A stretch of 63,836 bases of DNA, the filler included, from Octopus bimaculoides (lineage: Eukaryota), in the NCBI RefSeq assembly GCF_001194135.2. It is 5 parts of 5 records of this genome, joined end to end, with 100 filler letters (N's around TTAATTAATTAA, not from the genome) between each part and the next. Parts side by side here need not be neighbours in the genome. Positions count along the whole stretch, not along the records: positions 24,037 to 52,177 come from NC_068993.1; 4 more parts are not named here. One strand, written 5' to 3'. Position numbers and translations under genes: made by a program. Below are positions 24,660 to 38,200 of this stretch, in pieces (within the stretch, counting starts at the first letter, position 1; each line of letters starts with the position of its first letter). The notes under the pieces are model-generated. The model had not been told where the DNA came from. It saw only the letters and a list, made by a program, of their open reading frames with translations, and made no database searches.

Positions 24660-25660
24660 AAAACATTCAAGAGAAACCCAAAGTAATAAATTTATCAAAG
24701 AAAACTGTCTGTGAAAGAACAGTATATTAACTAAAGGATTAAAATTTACCCGAACGCTCATGAAGATCTAGTCAAAATGGAATTAAAGACAATATTTTCG
24801 ACTTCTGCAGAAACCTACGACTCACAGGAGGAGCATTAAGTTACTACAACAACGAGGATGCATTGCTGGTTAAAAACAGAAGCAATTATCTTCCACCTAA
24901 TGTTAGGAATAAAACACTAGATGACTTCTGCGACCATATCCCAAATTTCCCAATACTTTCTATAAACAAAAAATTAATTCAAACCGCCACATTTTAGAAT
25001 GGAAAGATTTAACTGAACTGCAAAACGACAACGAACTGACAATTAAAGAAGCAGACGAAAGAAGTGCTGTAGTCACAGAATACTACAAAAATCTAGTATG
25101 ATCCATGCTAGAAAACGTTACCTTCTATGAAAAATGCGTAAACTATAAACAACAAAAACAATGAAAATTCTTGCATCTTTAATACTTCTATATGGAAAAG
25201 GCCTGACAGAAAAAGAAATAGATTATATCACGAACTTCAAATGTAAACCTAGTCTTTTTCAACGGTTTACTTAAAATACACGAGAGCAAGATATTTAATG
25301 AATCCAGCAAACAATCAGTAGGCAAATACATACATATCCTAGCGCCAGAAGATTTAAAGTTAAACTCAGCCTGTGAAACCCACCATCTAAGTAAAATTTT
25401 TGACAATCTACTGAAACCCTTGCTGAAATACATCAAATGTTTTATTAGAGACGATCTAGATATGCTTGAGCACCTACCAAAGACAACTAATGAACATACA
25501 TTATTGATTTCCTTCAATGTTATTAATTTTTACATCAATATCCCACTTGACTATGAAAAAGAAGCAATAACATTCTGGCTGGGAATGCACCCCGCAGAAA
25601 TTCCGGAAAGCATAAACCAGGTTTTTATAATTGAAAATTTAGAATTTATACTTCAGAAAG
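24660..25660 (+). mobile_element. Penelope-like element (PLE) RT remnant
   Basis: Broken frames give KVINLSKK...TKGLKF, TIKEADERSAVV (ADKG motif) and FIRDDLDMLEHLPK...LLISFNVINFYINIP (SFDVxxLYTNIP motif). Confidence 0.8.
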
Positions 25661-26128
25661 TTAATGCTACTTCAGCTTTTGAGATTTTGTATAACTATTT
25701 ATCCCCCACCCCAGGAAAATTCATCAATTACCTCCCCTCTGCCGAATAATAACTATAACGAATTAGCTCCCCTTAGAATTTCTTTCTTGTTGACTTATTC
25801 ACAAACTTCCCTCCGAGAACATGGACTAAAATCTTCTTAAGAAAATACGAAATGGATTCGAATCTAGGAAGCTCAAAACAGAACTGTACATGTTCTTCTT
25901 TCACTTCTGTTGCAGTGCATGAACATGGAATATTTGATATGCTATGTAAGTATATGTTCGGTAATGATCCAGAAGCTGCATCTCTTATTCCTTCATTTTA
26001 CACTTCTACTTGTGCAGAGTAGGATTATCTATTTTGAATAGAGTTTTTTTTATATATCTGTACGATCATACTTTAGATACATACAAGGAAACACACACAC
26101 TCATACACTCGCGCGCACATGTACACAC

Positions 26129-26179
<51 letters not shown>

Positions 26180-29100
26180 CATAAAGATGTATGTATGATA
26201 AAATATAGGTGGACATTTATGATGTAGAGAATGGCGAACAATGCAATTTGATAGTTTGAATATTTTAATTTCCACCTAATTTCACTTTGCTTTTCATGTT
26301 TCAGTTCTTTATATAATCTACTGTTTCTCTCTCGAAAAATAAAATGTCATTACTTAGTTAAACTCATCCTCTTATAAGGGTTGCTGATTTGAAAATCAGT
26401 TAATACGCTTCAGTAAATTACTATATATATTTTATATCTATAAAGCAAATCTTATTAACTACTTTCATGTTCCGGCTCAGAAGCTCTCTTCGTTCTCCTG
26501 AAGGCTACTTAGCCGAAGTTTTAAAATAGCTGGTAACCTGTTAATTTTTATACGAATATGTGTCTTTGCAAGTTTGCGCGTAAAGAAATTCATAGTGTAA
26601 TTCATTACGTCAGTGCAAAATATTTCTTCGCACATGAATTTTAAAATCATACGCATATATAATTATATGCCTGTAAATACAGATATATATCGATGTAATC
26701 GTTGTGAGAAATACAATAATGTAGAGACAACAGAGGTTTTTAAAAGAAGTCGCTTTATACCCTATAGGTCAACTCTATACACCCGGAAATATTCTTGCTT
26801 TGTAGCAAAACAACTGAAACTGGTACACCACATGTTTATCACGTCAGATGGTAACGATACTATGGGAGCCTCTGGAGGTAATATAGGAGATAATATTGGA
26901 GCCTGCTAAAGAGTAAATGAATTATCTACAAGCAGGACGTTCATGTTAGTTTTTTGAAGAGAATTGATTAAAGAAAAGCATTTATTCGTTGTTAGTGTTA
27001 CACTACTGTTGTTAGTGCTACACTAATTGAGGATTTGTTTTACAGTTCCCATTTAAGGTTCTGTCTACAAAATCCCCCAAATATTTTGGTGAAACGGAAG
27101 CCATGCTGAACAACATTTACCCAATGTACCTTCTTTCCGAAGCAAATGTTTTAAACACAAAATCACTGCTAAGCTATAAAAACCCCGAACATTTATTTTG
27201 TATGCAAATAATGGCAAACCATCAAAACAATGTTTCATTGGTATATTTACACACTTCCGGTATGAATGCGTGCTTATGCAAAATATACTTCACACAATTC
27301 CGAACAATTTTACACAATCTTTTAATCTAGAAATCATAGATGAACAACAGGAAGATATGTTATGAATAACTTTAGACAGTTGCGATTATTATGGTCTTTT
27401 CATTGATATTTGTGTCAAAACAGATGAATACTGTACAGCGATGTACAAATACGTGCAACAACCCAATTACTGAGCGGCCAGTTAAAATGTGTTGGCTCTG
27501 AGAATCAATTTTCCCATTTAATTGCATTTCTGTTGTTTAAAGCTGCTGAAGTGCTCTGCTATTTGACTTTGTATTTTTGTTAATGATTATCTTATAACCA
27601 CTCCATAAATTCATCATGCCTGGTTTCTATTCATTATTTTTCCCGCTTATCTATTTCCTTTATAAGAGCGCATACTAGGCAATTCGCCTTTAGAGTAATA
27701 CGGTAAGTATATATTGTATATCTGTGTGTAACATACATACACGCACACAAACGCAAAAACACACACACAAACACAAACAAAAACATACAGGTCCGATAAA
27801 TTGTTTTATATCCCTCTTAGTTAATCTTCAAGGGAAAATTATGTGTTGGAAAAGGTGGATACATACACGTAAAAAGATACAATCATACGTACCCACAGGT
27901 ATACATACGTATGCATATATGAATGTATGCATTTATGTATGTGTATATGTATATATGTGTGTGTATGTTTGTATGGATGTACGTATGTATTATGCATCCA
28001 TGTATGTATGTATCATATATGCATATATATATGTAATAGATATATATATATATACGTCCATAAAGCATGCAAACGGATTTACGCATAGACGTACGCACGC
28101 TCAGCCTCATACACACGTACACACACCACGCACGCATATACATGTATACCGGAAGAAAACAAAAGTAGAAACAATTTATTTATGTATAACTTCTGAAAAC
28201 TGTGATGGACATACACATAAAGAAAGTTATGATCATATAAAAACAGCTGTATAAAAAAAACATTAGTAGTTCCTTGTACATTTTTGCTAACGCGTATATA
28301 CTCTAACCGGTATTGTACAAACATATATTTGTGTACATGCCATAGTATAAAACTAGTTCTCTTATGATATATGAATACTTTGACATCATACCATATATTC
28401 ACCGCATTTGTTTCCTTTTTATATATAAATGTACATTTTTATTCGTTTGTGCATATATGTGAGCAATTAGGTGTGCATGTGTATATAGGCGCGTCTATGT
28501 ATTTTGACAGGTTATTAATAAGTACATTATATATGACCTTCTGTAGAACACTCTAACATATAGCATTATTTTCTGGTGAGTGATGTTTTTCGTTTTTCAT
28601 TTTATTTTCTTCACACGGTTTTGTAAAGTATTTGTATGTATCGACATAGTAGCATCTGAATTCATAAGAAGTACCTTTTTAACTGAGGTGTCTTTCAGTT
28701 GCTTCCATAGCTGGACACGCTCAGAAGATCTAAAGCAAACTGTCTACGTGGACATCAACCATGTAGGGGTAATTAGGTAAGCGGAAAGACATGAAGACTG
28801 ACATTCTGATGTGTCTGAATCTCAGAAAACCCATACAGTCACTTGAAATGTCCTACTGAGTCTATCAGTGTTTAACCTCATCTTAATTCGGTGATTGAAT
28901 AATTTAAAATGGCAAGTTGTTGTTTGTTCATTTTCGAGCCATGCCTGGCTCATAAGGGCCGGTGTCCTGGTATCATTGGCGTATAGGTTCCCCACCTGGA
29001 CGAGGAAAGAGGGAGAGAAAGTTGTGGCGAAAGAATCAGCAGAAGTTCGCCATTATCTTCTACTGGAGTCGCGTGGAACTCAGGTGTTTCACTCATAAAC

Positions 29101-29199
29101 ATATACATCACCCGGTCTGAGATTCGAACCCACGACTTCGCTGCTCAATGCACTAGGCCATGTGCCACCGCAAAACATCAAGTGAGTCCTATATATTGT

Positions 29200-29412
29200 A
29201 TTATTTTATTTCTTTCAGTTACTTAACTGTGGCTACGTTGCCGGACGGCCTTTGATGAACAAATCGACACCCGAACATATTCTTTCTTAGTGCTTATTCT
29301 ATCAGACTCTTGCCGAACCGCTAAGTTAAAGGGACGTAAACACGCCAACATCGGTTGTCAAGAGATGGTTAGGGACAACACACACACACTCTCTCTCACA
29401 CACACACACACA

Positions 29413-29453
<41 letters not shown>

Positions 29454-29463
29454 NNNNNNNNNN

Positions 29464-29504
<41 letters not shown>

Positions 29505-29662
29505 TCGACGTGTTTCAATTTCCGTCTACCAAATCCACTCAGAAGGCTTTGATCGGCCTGAGGCTATAGTAGAAGTCGCTTGCCCAAGGTGTCAAGCAGT
29601 GGTGCTAAACCTAGAACTGCGTGGTTGGAAATCAAGCTTCCAGCCACACAGCCTCTCCTGCA
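29200..29662 (-). mobile_element. SINE family A, full-length reverse copy
   Basis: Reverse complement of 95-550: 3' domain, (CA)/(TA) run, then head (CTTGCCCAAGG...CCACACAGCC...TGCACCT). Confidence 0.8.
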
Positions 29663-30097
29663 CCTACTTTGAGCAAACATATATCATTTTATTATTTCTT
29701 GGGTATCAAGCACTTTGGAAACCATAGTTTTGCATTGCTAGCACAATAATAGATTAACGAAGAGCACATAACATAATCACATATTTAATGAATCAAAAGT
29801 AAATGATATAAAACATTGCATCCGAGGCGTAATTTTTAATTTGTAGTTTCTTAGATTAAACGATTTCTATTATTAAGATCAGTAATACGAAAGACGAGTG
29901 GAATACGGAAGGTACACGCAATAAACCACACACACACACGAACACTCACAGGCGCACAAACACGCACTCACACACTTATGTATCTGTGCATCTACATATG
30001 TATATGTGTATATGTATGTACAGATATGTATATATATATATATGTGTATATATATATATATGTATATATATTTATATATACACACACATATACAACT

Positions 30098-30146
<49 letters not shown>

Positions 30147-30149
30147 CAT

Positions 30150-31140
30150 ATCTCCACGTCTGGCTGTACAGCCTTTTTGTTTGTTTATTTCACCGTTTCG
30201 TTTTCCTGTCTTGTTTTCCGTCCGCCACTATCCTCCACGAAAAAAATTTAATTTGTGTTCGTGGGAAGAGCCATTTTAACGATGCGTCCTGCCCTAACTC
30301 TTCGAAACGCCGGTGTTTTACTGGTGGCAGCTGATGAAGGATATGTTCTCTATGTGGCCTACTTGTTTGTCGTACCTTGTTTATCATATTGTCCATGTTC
30401 TTTTGCAACGTCATGTACCCAGATATGTATCTATATGTACATGTAGATGCATGTACATATATATGCATATATTCATATATTGTTTGTATAACACGACAGA
30501 ACGCACGCGTTATCTTTACACAGTAAGTTTTGAACTATTTTTCTAACGCGACTCTCTCTATCTCTATATCTATCTCCCCCTCTCATTCTTCCCTCTACTG
30601 TTCTTCGCCTCTCCCTGTCACTACTATCTCTCTATCTATCTTTCGTTGCTCGTCCTTCGCCTCTCACCGTCACTACTACTACCTCTCTCCCTCTCTACCT
30701 ATCGTTGCTCACTTTTAGTCTACTTCCTCCCCTTCTTCTCCCTCTGCTACTCTTTCTCCTTACCCGGCGCTGGTCACGTGTGTCCGGTTGCTATTTCTTT
30801 TCGGTCTTGGACTCACCAAGCTCTCACGCACTTCTTCGCCTCTCCAGTTCGTGCTACACGGCGTTCAATACATACACACTTCTCCACGTCTGGCTGTACA
30901 ACCTTTATGTTTGTTTATTTCACCGTTTCGTTTTCCTGTCTGGTTTTCCGTCCGCCACTATCTTCCACGAAAAAAAATTTATTTGTGTTCGTGGGAAGAG
31001 CCATTTTAACGATGCGTCCTGCCCTAACTCTTCGAAACGCCGGTGTTTTAATGGTGACAGCTGATGAAGGATATGTTCTCTATGTGGCCTGCTTGTTTGT
31101 TGTACCTTACTTATCATTTTGTCCATGTTCTTTTGCAACG
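30150..31140 (+). repeat. Two near-identical ~270-bp direct repeats (30150-30420, 30880-31140)
   Basis: CTCCACGTCTGGCTGTACA...TTCTTTTGCAACGT appears twice with scattered substitutions. Confidence 0.9.
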
Positions 31141-32095
31141 TATATGTATATATACAGTTCAGTACAACTAGGTAAGATGAGAATATTTAGCATGACTCTG
31201 AGTCTAAAAATGTATGCTGTGTTTTACATCAAAGCGCACTATCCATCGCTCGCGCACGCACACAAACGCAGAAACATGCATTCACACTCACACACACACG
31301 CATATTGATATTCTAAATAACATACATTGTCTCAACTGTACTTCATACATAGTGAAAGCTTTTTTTCGAGTACGAATTTCACCTGTCACAATTTGTGTCA
31401 TATAATCTCCCGAGAAAATTATTTAAGTTAGATAGTTATTAGACAATTATTTAAGATGTACGTTGAAAGTACAGGGGATGTTTGTTATGTATATTCTAGC
31501 ATTGATCTTATGATTATTTTATGTTCTTATGATTATACCATATAATTGTAAATGAACCTGAAAATACGCGCTAGTTACTTTTAACTTTTGGAGAATATTG
31601 TCTTTTGGGTGGGCGTACAGGCTTGTAAGTTTGGGCAATCTTCAAAATGTTAAACAGAAATATGTGGAGAATGGGAAATTTCGATTGGTGGTTAATAACG
31701 ATGATGCCAATCGCCGGCATGTCACAATCTTTGTTTGTCTCTTAAGTGACGCAGTGTCGCTTTAACAGCAGTTAAGTTATCAGAAGTTCTTACAAAAATA
31801 GGTTTTAAGCGTATGCGCGTGTGCAAGTTTGTGAGTAATGTACATACTTTCTTTTTTATGAGTGGAGATGTATGAAGTATATTCACTAATTAGGCAAATT
31901 GAGTGAATCAGTTTTATGTTAGTATGGGCATTTCCTTTCATTAACAGTAAAAAATGAATTTAATTAAACCTTACTTTCTGGCTTTCCATTTCAAGCAGCT
32001 CAAGCTTGCGACTATGAGCTCAAAATCCGAGTAAGAAAATAAAGACCAATTACATACTTATTCGTATACTCTCCAAAAGATAATTTCACACAGAG

Positions 32096-32134
<39 letters not shown>

Positions 32135-32557
32135 NNNNNNNNNNNNNNNNNNNNNNNNNNNNNNNNNNNNNNNNNNNNNNNNNNNNNNNNNNNNNNNNNN
32201 NNNNNNNNNNNNNNNNNNNNNNNNNNNNNNNNNNNNNNNNNNNNNNNNNNNNNNNNNNNNNNNNNNNNNNNNNNNNNNNNNNNNNNNNNNNNNNNNNNNN
32301 NNNNNNNNNNNNNNNNNNNNNNNNNNNNNNNNNNNNNNNNNNNNNNNNNNNNNNNNNNNNNNNNNNNNNNNNNNNNNNNNNNNNNNNNNNNNNNNNNNNN
32401 NNNNNNNNNNNNNNNNNNNNNNNNNNNNNNNNNNNNNNNNNNNNNNNNNNNNNNNNNNNNNNNNNNNNNNNNNNNNNNNNNNNNNNNNNNNNNNNNNNNN
32501 NNNNNNNTATATATGTATAGAGAGAGAGAGAGAGAGAGAGATAGTATATATGTTTAT

Positions 32558-32620
<63 letters not shown>

Positions 32621-32739
32621 TACACATAAACATGACAGAATTAACTAGCCTCCCCACCATAAAGCGTTGTATTACGTTTGTTCTGACTTGTAAAGGGTTC
32701 TATTTTTCATTACTTGACATTTTTCTGTTTCAGGTTTCA

Positions 32740-33450
32740 AATTTAATCATGCCATGCACAAGAGAAGCCTTGGAACTGTCTGAATTGCAAAGAGGCTATG
32801 TTGTGGGTCAATCTGAAGGTGGACATAGCGTACAATCGCAGAAAACCTTGAGATACCGCTTTGTACAGTTAATAGAGTGATTGTGCAATTCACCAGAGAG
32901 GGGAAGGACCCCACATAACATCTCTCAGGTTCACCAGGGCCTTCTGAGAGGACCCTTCTTTTCTTTTGCTGTATTTCCTGACAGTGGTCGAGTGTAGGTT
33001 TGGAGACTCTGTGATCAAGAATTTGACATGAAATGTTTGCAGCGAACAATGAAACACGGCAGGTATTCTGTGATGGTCCGGGGAGCAATTTGGAGCAATG
33101 GCTGACCGGAGCTGTTGGAATGTGAGGGAAGCATACACTCAGATAAATATGTGTCCATATTGCAGAAAGATCTTCTTTCAAGAACTCTTTATTTATGGAA
33201 AATGGGGTTCCTTATCAAAAGGCTACAATAACCCAAGGTTTTCCGAATGCGAATGAACCTTATTGAACAGCTCTGGAGCATAATGGACAGAACACTTCAT
33301 AAACAGAACAAGAAAACCTCTTCCAAGCCAGATCTTTTGATCTTGCTGCATGAAACTTGGCAAATAATTCTGCAAGAGAATATTTGTCATCTGATCAGAA
33401 ACATGCTAAATCGGGTCCTTGCATTATTAATTTAAACGTATAATTTCAGA
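32740..33450 (+). mobile_element. Tc1-like transposase remnant
   Basis: N-terminal ELSELQRGYVVG (HTH region), VMVRGAIW, and C-terminal NLIEQLWSIMDR...ETWQII...LIRNMLNRV. Confidence 0.75.
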
Positions 33451-35149
33451 TTTAAAGAAAATTTTAATGATTATGAGTGTGTCTATTTAATTCTGTCATA
33501 TATACATACACACACATACATATAGAATGACATTCCGTCGGTTACGACGGTGAGTGTTCCAGTTGATCCAACCAATTGAAGAGTTTGGTCGTAAAATTCA
33601 CATGCTTGTGGCTGAACAATCCCCTGATACATATACCCTTAAAGTAGATTCTGCGTGACAGAGAATGTGACGAGACTAGCTCTTTAAATTATAGTTACAA
33701 CACAGTTTTGCTAGCTGAATGAACTGCAGCAACGGGATATACAGTATCTTGTTGAAGGACAGAACAATGCAGCAGGGGTTCGAAATCTAGGCTTTACGAT
33801 TGGAAAACCGACCCGTTCCTTGTCTATATTGATGGATAAGGCCACATAGTACGTCGTATGTATCATAGTGTAATACAATTTCTGAAGGAAACTGCTCTTA
33901 GTGTAACATTTTAATGGGTAATCCACTATTAAGTATCAGGTCTAGCAAGTTGGTTTGTGGGAGACATGTTTAAAACCTGCAAAGATTCTTAAATCTCAGC
34001 CTTCATTTATGCTCGATCAATTTAACAGGTTCAAACCATTATTGATTTATATGTCACGAATTTTCATATTTGCTTGTTTCATAAAGTCATGTATATATAA
34101 ACGGGCTTTATAACATACCCTTTCTACATCTTTTCCAATTTTTACTTCTCTCTCTCATAGGATTATAGTATATCTCCCATTAAGTAGGAGACATTGTATG
34201 AGATGTAGCAAACGAGCCAAATATCTTCACCTTTCAAATAAAAAATATTCTATTTCACCGTTGTCAAGAACATATTTCAAAAGGTAAGGGCATCCATAAT
34301 ATTCATTTGACAGTATTTTTTCCTATCTGTCCATATGCTCAGCAGAATGTTTCATTTGAATAGTTACTGATATCTTCAAACGCATATTACACCAACTTCA
34401 CGTGTCATATTATATTCGTAAGATATTACTTTCAACATAGACATACACGTATCTTTAAAATAACCTGAGGAACTGAACTGTGTTGAGGAGACATTACGGT
34501 AAGCACGGCGATTGATGCTAATCTCGTTACATCGTTTGATCCTTTGCTTATTAGTAAAAATGTTGCGAAAGTTAGGATTAGTATCAATGTAAGATAATGG
34601 TGTTCATTAACAAGATGCTTATGGGACAAAAAAAAAAGCGACAAGCTATATTTTGAGCAATATAAATGCCGCGTTAGCTAATTTGCTCGGGAAATATGTG
34701 GATCGTGAACTGCATAAATATGACGCACACATTAGCACGTATGTTGCTGTGAGAGCATAAATGTACACATATCCTAGAAAGTGCGTACAGAGATGAAAGG
34801 GGAAAAAAAGTTGATTGATTGTGCTAGATTCAAGGACCAATTCTATATAGAATAAACAGAGTAGGAAATGCGTATATATAGGATATGGCAATTGAGAGTG
34901 GATCATCATATAAATTTGACTAACAGAAATGAATTTATTTATTATATAAATGCATATACATAAACACAGCCACACACGAACATATGTATGTACACGCGTT
35001 CTCATGTAAAAATCAGCAGAGGTCAATGTTATCAGTTCATCCTTTCGGGTTCGATAACATAAAGTATCAGTCACTTAATGGGGCCAGCGTAATCGACTGT
35101 CATCACCCCGGAAATCCCATCCATGATGAGAAAGAGTTGTTATTATTAA

Positions 35150-37400
35150 TAAGAAATTTTACTTTAATTTGCATGTTTGTTACAGTCACCTGCTGAGACC
35201 CAGCCAGTGTCCTGGGGCGATTGAAAGATAAGAGATTTTACAGTAGGACTCAAAGTTTGGGGGGGATGTAGAGAAACATCTTCATGTAATACATTTAGGT
35301 GGATATGGTTTTTGTAATCATGTGTGCAGTACTTGTCAGTGCAATCTTTTCGATTTCTGTGAGATATGGTTCTCCTGGGATATTAACTTGATGTTTCTGA
35401 CATCCTTTTTTTATACGTATGGTAGTACAATAACAGGAACAGTTCTCGCTTTAAGATCCCACATCTTTTATATTTCAATTTCTGGGTCCTTATATTTACT
35501 TATTTTGTTAAATTTCTTGACAGATATATTTTTAGCAGTGGGAACACTTACATCCATAAGTCTACAAATATTTTCAACCTTGTCTTTAATGATTATGTCT
35601 GGTCGATTAGCTTGGATCGTTCTGTCAGTGTTGACTTGAAATCCCCAAAGGATAGTGACATCTTTATCTTCAACGAATGGCTCAGGGTGATATTCATACC
35701 AGTAAGCAAGAATACTGATTTTGTAGTGTTTACATATTTTGCAATGCAAATACTACCCTACTCTATCGTGGGGATTCTTATATTTGTTTGGTGTCAGCAC
35801 AGGTCATCCCGAGACGAGATGGTCTATTGTTTCGTCAAATGTGACGCAGAATCTGTGTGATATATGACGTGAGAATCGTTTTGAATAATAGTCGCCTGGT
35901 AGTTTTTTGTGAGCAAGCTTTGATCTTGTACTGCTAATATGAGACCTTCAGTCTCTGCTTTCAGTTCTAAAATTCTCAACCACTGATGGGTTGTTGCTTG
36001 ATCTACTTCAGCATTTCGACTTCGAAATATTTACTGACCATGCAGAAGTTTCTGGTTCCACAGCTCCTCAATTTGTTTCTACTCATTCTCTTTTGAAGTC
36101 TGCTTGATCCATTTTGCTTCTTTTGAGTTAGTGGTTTCAGGTTATACAAATATTTCAGGATTAATAACAAGTTTCAGGATTAATAACAAGCTTCCTTGAC
36201 AATAGAATGGGATGTTTTACTGCTTTCGTGTTGGTATTCAAGTTGCAGCGTCCGGTCCTCTGTACTGTATCATTACCTGTTCATTGCTCTAGTGGAGGTC
36301 TTATAGCACAGTTCTACCTACATCATTTCTCTTCCCCCATTACTTCTAGGTAGGTACAGACGGTCAACATCTGCTTTTGGGTGGTGCATATTCTTAGAAG
36401 TTGGACATTTTCTTGTCTTCCTGTCTAGGCGTTGGAGGTCTGTAACATTTCAGTTAATGATGTTAAAACTATATTGGACTACTGGAAGTGTCTGGGTGTT
36501 AATGGCTTCGATGCGATTTTTAGAGTTGAGTTCAGTTTTTAATATTAGTCTTATTCTCCTGTAATATTCCTTTCTTATTTTTCCTTCATTGCAGCATGTT
36601 GTATATTATTTCCGCTTATTCCCAGGTATTTCTTGAGGATCAAGCTCTTTGATGGCAATGTCGGTATTTAATTTAATGGAAGCTGTTTGCCCGAAGTTCC
36701 CTCTTACAAAAGGTACTTTAGCACACTTATCAAGGCCAAAGTCCATCTCATTACTAGTTGTTAGTATTTCTGGTAGATTTTCGTTATTTCCAGCAAACAG
36801 TTTCAGATCGTCCACCCATTCTAGGTGTTATTTAGTGCGGTTGAAAGAGGGACCAGTGCTATGCAGAAGAGTAATGGGGAGAGGGAGTCACCTTGAAAGA
36901 TGTCTCGTCTGATGTTGATGTTGTTAGTTTGGCTTGTCCTATTACTGTGGTTTAGAAGGAGACGTGTTTCACTTGGCCATGCTACTTTGTAAGAATTTGG
37001 AGATGATAGGACAGATCTTGTATATCTCAAGGGCCTTGAGTATCCATTTATGTGGGAGACTGTCAAATGCTTTCCTTTAGTCTATCCATGCCTTACTCAG
37101 GTTATTCATTTTGCTCCGGCAATTCTCTACAATCATTTTATTTATGATCATCTTTGACCCATAGTAATTCCTTTTACAGCCTGTTTGAGCTTGTGGAAGG
37201 ATAGGTCTCTTTTCGAAGAAAGCGTATATTCTGCCAGTTAATGTGGATGTGAGGGTCTTGTAGGTGATGTTCAGACATGTTATTGGTCATTAGTTTTTTT
37301 ATTTTTATGTGTTTTCAATTTTGGTAGTAGGTATGTTGTTCCTTCGGTCGGCCAGGCAGGTATTTGCTCTGGGTGCGGGGTGGCATCAGTCAGAGATGTT
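35150..37400 (-). mobile_element. R4/Dong-clade non-LTR retrotransposon remnant (RT plus RLE endonuclease)
   Basis: WIDxRKAFDS, RRDIFQGDSLSPLLFCIAL, MDDLKLFA, MDFGLDKCA and ANRPDIIIKDK...DVSVP...KYKD, ending in an AATAATAACAAC tail. Confidence 0.9.
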
Positions 37401-37489
37401 TGTTTTTACATGTATGTTAACATATTGCATTATGTCACTGTAAACTTTATATATTTTAATTATTTTTTCCTCTCTTTCTGTGCAATGAA

Positions 37490-37572
37490 CATCCTGATGA
37501 AGGGAGTGTCTAATTTCTAATATGAGTACTACACCATATTAATAGACACATCTCAGAAACGGTCCGTAGATG
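37490..37572 (+). ncRNA. Type I hammerhead ribozyme motif (PLE/retrozyme-like)
   Basis: CATC-CTGATGA (37494-37500), long stem II, GAAA (37556-37559), quasi-palindromic stem III ACGG-T-CCGT, GUA triplet, then GATG pairing with CATC. The stem II closing position is A-A rather than G-C. Confidence 0.55.
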
Positions 37573-38152
37573 AATACTTTTAACGTTACCTATGTATTGT
37601 ACGGTTTTTGTGATATGGAATATATACATATCCTTTTCTAATGTACACGTTTTTAATATAACACATATAAATTTGTAATATCATATCATATCGTATAATA
37701 TCGTATGATATCGTATATATTTACCCATTATATGTGAAATCATACTGTACGTTTATATATCGTAATGTATTATCTTAAATTGTCAAATATTTTTATACAA
37801 CTTGGAAACTATGCATGTTTATAAATATTTTTAAATAAATATTTTAAACATTCATGATATTTACGAAGTTTATATCATTGTATATGCTTGTATACATTAT
37901 TTTTACCTTACCCTCTAGACGTTTTAGAGACTTAGAACTATATATTTATTGATTCTAGAATGAATTGAACACACACACACACACACACATATATTAATTA
38001 TTGCGTTGGATATACAGTATTGTTCCTGTGGTTTTCCACCCTTATGTATGCATTCTTACTGTAATTTGAATTCTAGCTCATGCTGAGCACTTCAACTCTA
38101 GCCCGTTTTTATGCATTGCTATATTAACAATATCTAATTATACAAAAAATTA

Positions 38153-38200
<48 letters not shown>

